64,000 nucleotides of DNA from Octopus bimaculoides (taxonomy: Eukaryota), in contig NC_068985.1 in assembly GCF_001194135.2 (NCBI RefSeq), positions 44,207,697-44,271,696 on the forward strand. The letters are read 5' to 3'. Under the pieces are notes generated by a model. It ran no database searches and was not told where the DNA came from. It saw nothing but the letters and a program-made list of their open reading frames with translations. Below are positions 63,161 to 64,000 of this stretch, one piece after another (the first letter of the stretch is position 1; every line of letters begins with the position of its first letter). The position numbers and the translations under genes are program-made.

Positions 63161-64000
63161 AAATCTAAGTATGTATATATTCTTTTATTTGTTTCAGTCA
63201 TTTGACTGCAGCCATGCAGTCTGTTTTGTTATATATATATACATACATATATGCACCTTTAAGTTTATCTCTCTAGATTTTCTACAGAGTTGAGAACGAG
63301 CACTGGAAATTATTTTTCATAAATGAATATGGCTGTATAAACAATGCAATCGAAGATAGAAAAAAGAGCTAACTATCCACAAATACATAACTTCAGTTGT
63401 TTAAATACTCACTAAGCTTAGTGGTTTAACACAATTGTATAGACCAATTTATATATTAATCACATGCACAAGTGTGTGCAAAGACCTATGTTGTGTGTCA
63501 CCTCAGGTCAACACTGATCAAAGACAAATGATTAGAGCCAAAGCCTCAAGTAAGCCTAATTAAAGAGAACTATGGTCAGAGGCATTCCAGCCATGACCAT
63601 TCTAAATTTTACCTATGAGCAGAGCAGAGAACTCAGAACCATATTATCCAATCCGATGTGTTCTTTTACCTTTTAAGAAGGTAGGGTGTAATTTTGAAGG
63701 TGATTTAGCTGCTGTTTCTAGCAGATTGAGTGACCATGCAGAGGTTCCCTCATTTACTCATCCTTTTTGCACAGCCATTTTGGTACCCCTATTTGGCTTC
63801 ACTGATTCAATGACTTATTTGAAATCAGATGATTTAATGCTTCTCTTCTCTTCCCTCCATCCCTCTCTCTCTCTGTATGTATGCATGTATGTGAGAATAT
63901 TTTTTAATGTTTTTGAGAAGGAAAATGTTTATGTTGTGTTCAATTAATAAGTTGTAATTTCTCCCTCTCTCTCCCACAATTCCTATCTGTATGCATATAT

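Noticed and set aside
1-64000. Long ORFs in the track (poly-X, HT/CV/YI repeats, poly-L/V/P/T)
   Set aside because: They arise from N gaps, microsatellites and SINEs; no domain-like content.

Overview
AT-rich animal genomic DNA with many N gaps and (TA)n/(CA)n/(GAT)n/(TAA)n/(TAG)n microsatellites. The repeat families match those I recognise from octopus (OK/OR-type tRNA-derived SINEs, RTE LINE 3' ends with (GAT)n tails), so this is probably an Octopus intronic or intergenic region (inference). No host protein-coding gene can be supported. The ORF-track hits are microsatellite, gap or SINE artefacts, apart from transposon relics and a few weak, mutually inconsistent exon candidates. Decayed coding relics found by manual translation are: a Penelope-like GIY-YIG endonuclease (5090-5506, -), a hAT-like transposase (7527-8372), a DD37D maT transposase (~15380-15792, -), a near full-length mariner (41617-43245), RTE reverse-transcriptase fragments, and a pogo/Tigger-like element. 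The most interesting signal is a set of minimal type I hammerhead-ribozyme (HHR) motifs at four loci. Two loci are head-to-head palindromic insertions (2081-2486 and 26776-27296) of an element built as tRNA-like Pol III head + (AAT)n + HHR. One is a 136-bp palindrome (26538-26673) made of two back-to-back HHRs, one with a fully canonical core and a GUC site. One is a solitary HHR (30251-30295). Together with the GIY-YIG relic, these suggest Penelope-mobilised, ribozyme-carrying non-autonomous elements (SINE/retrozyme hybrids). Everything was read by eye; no database search, folding or alignment program was run, and family names come from memory.
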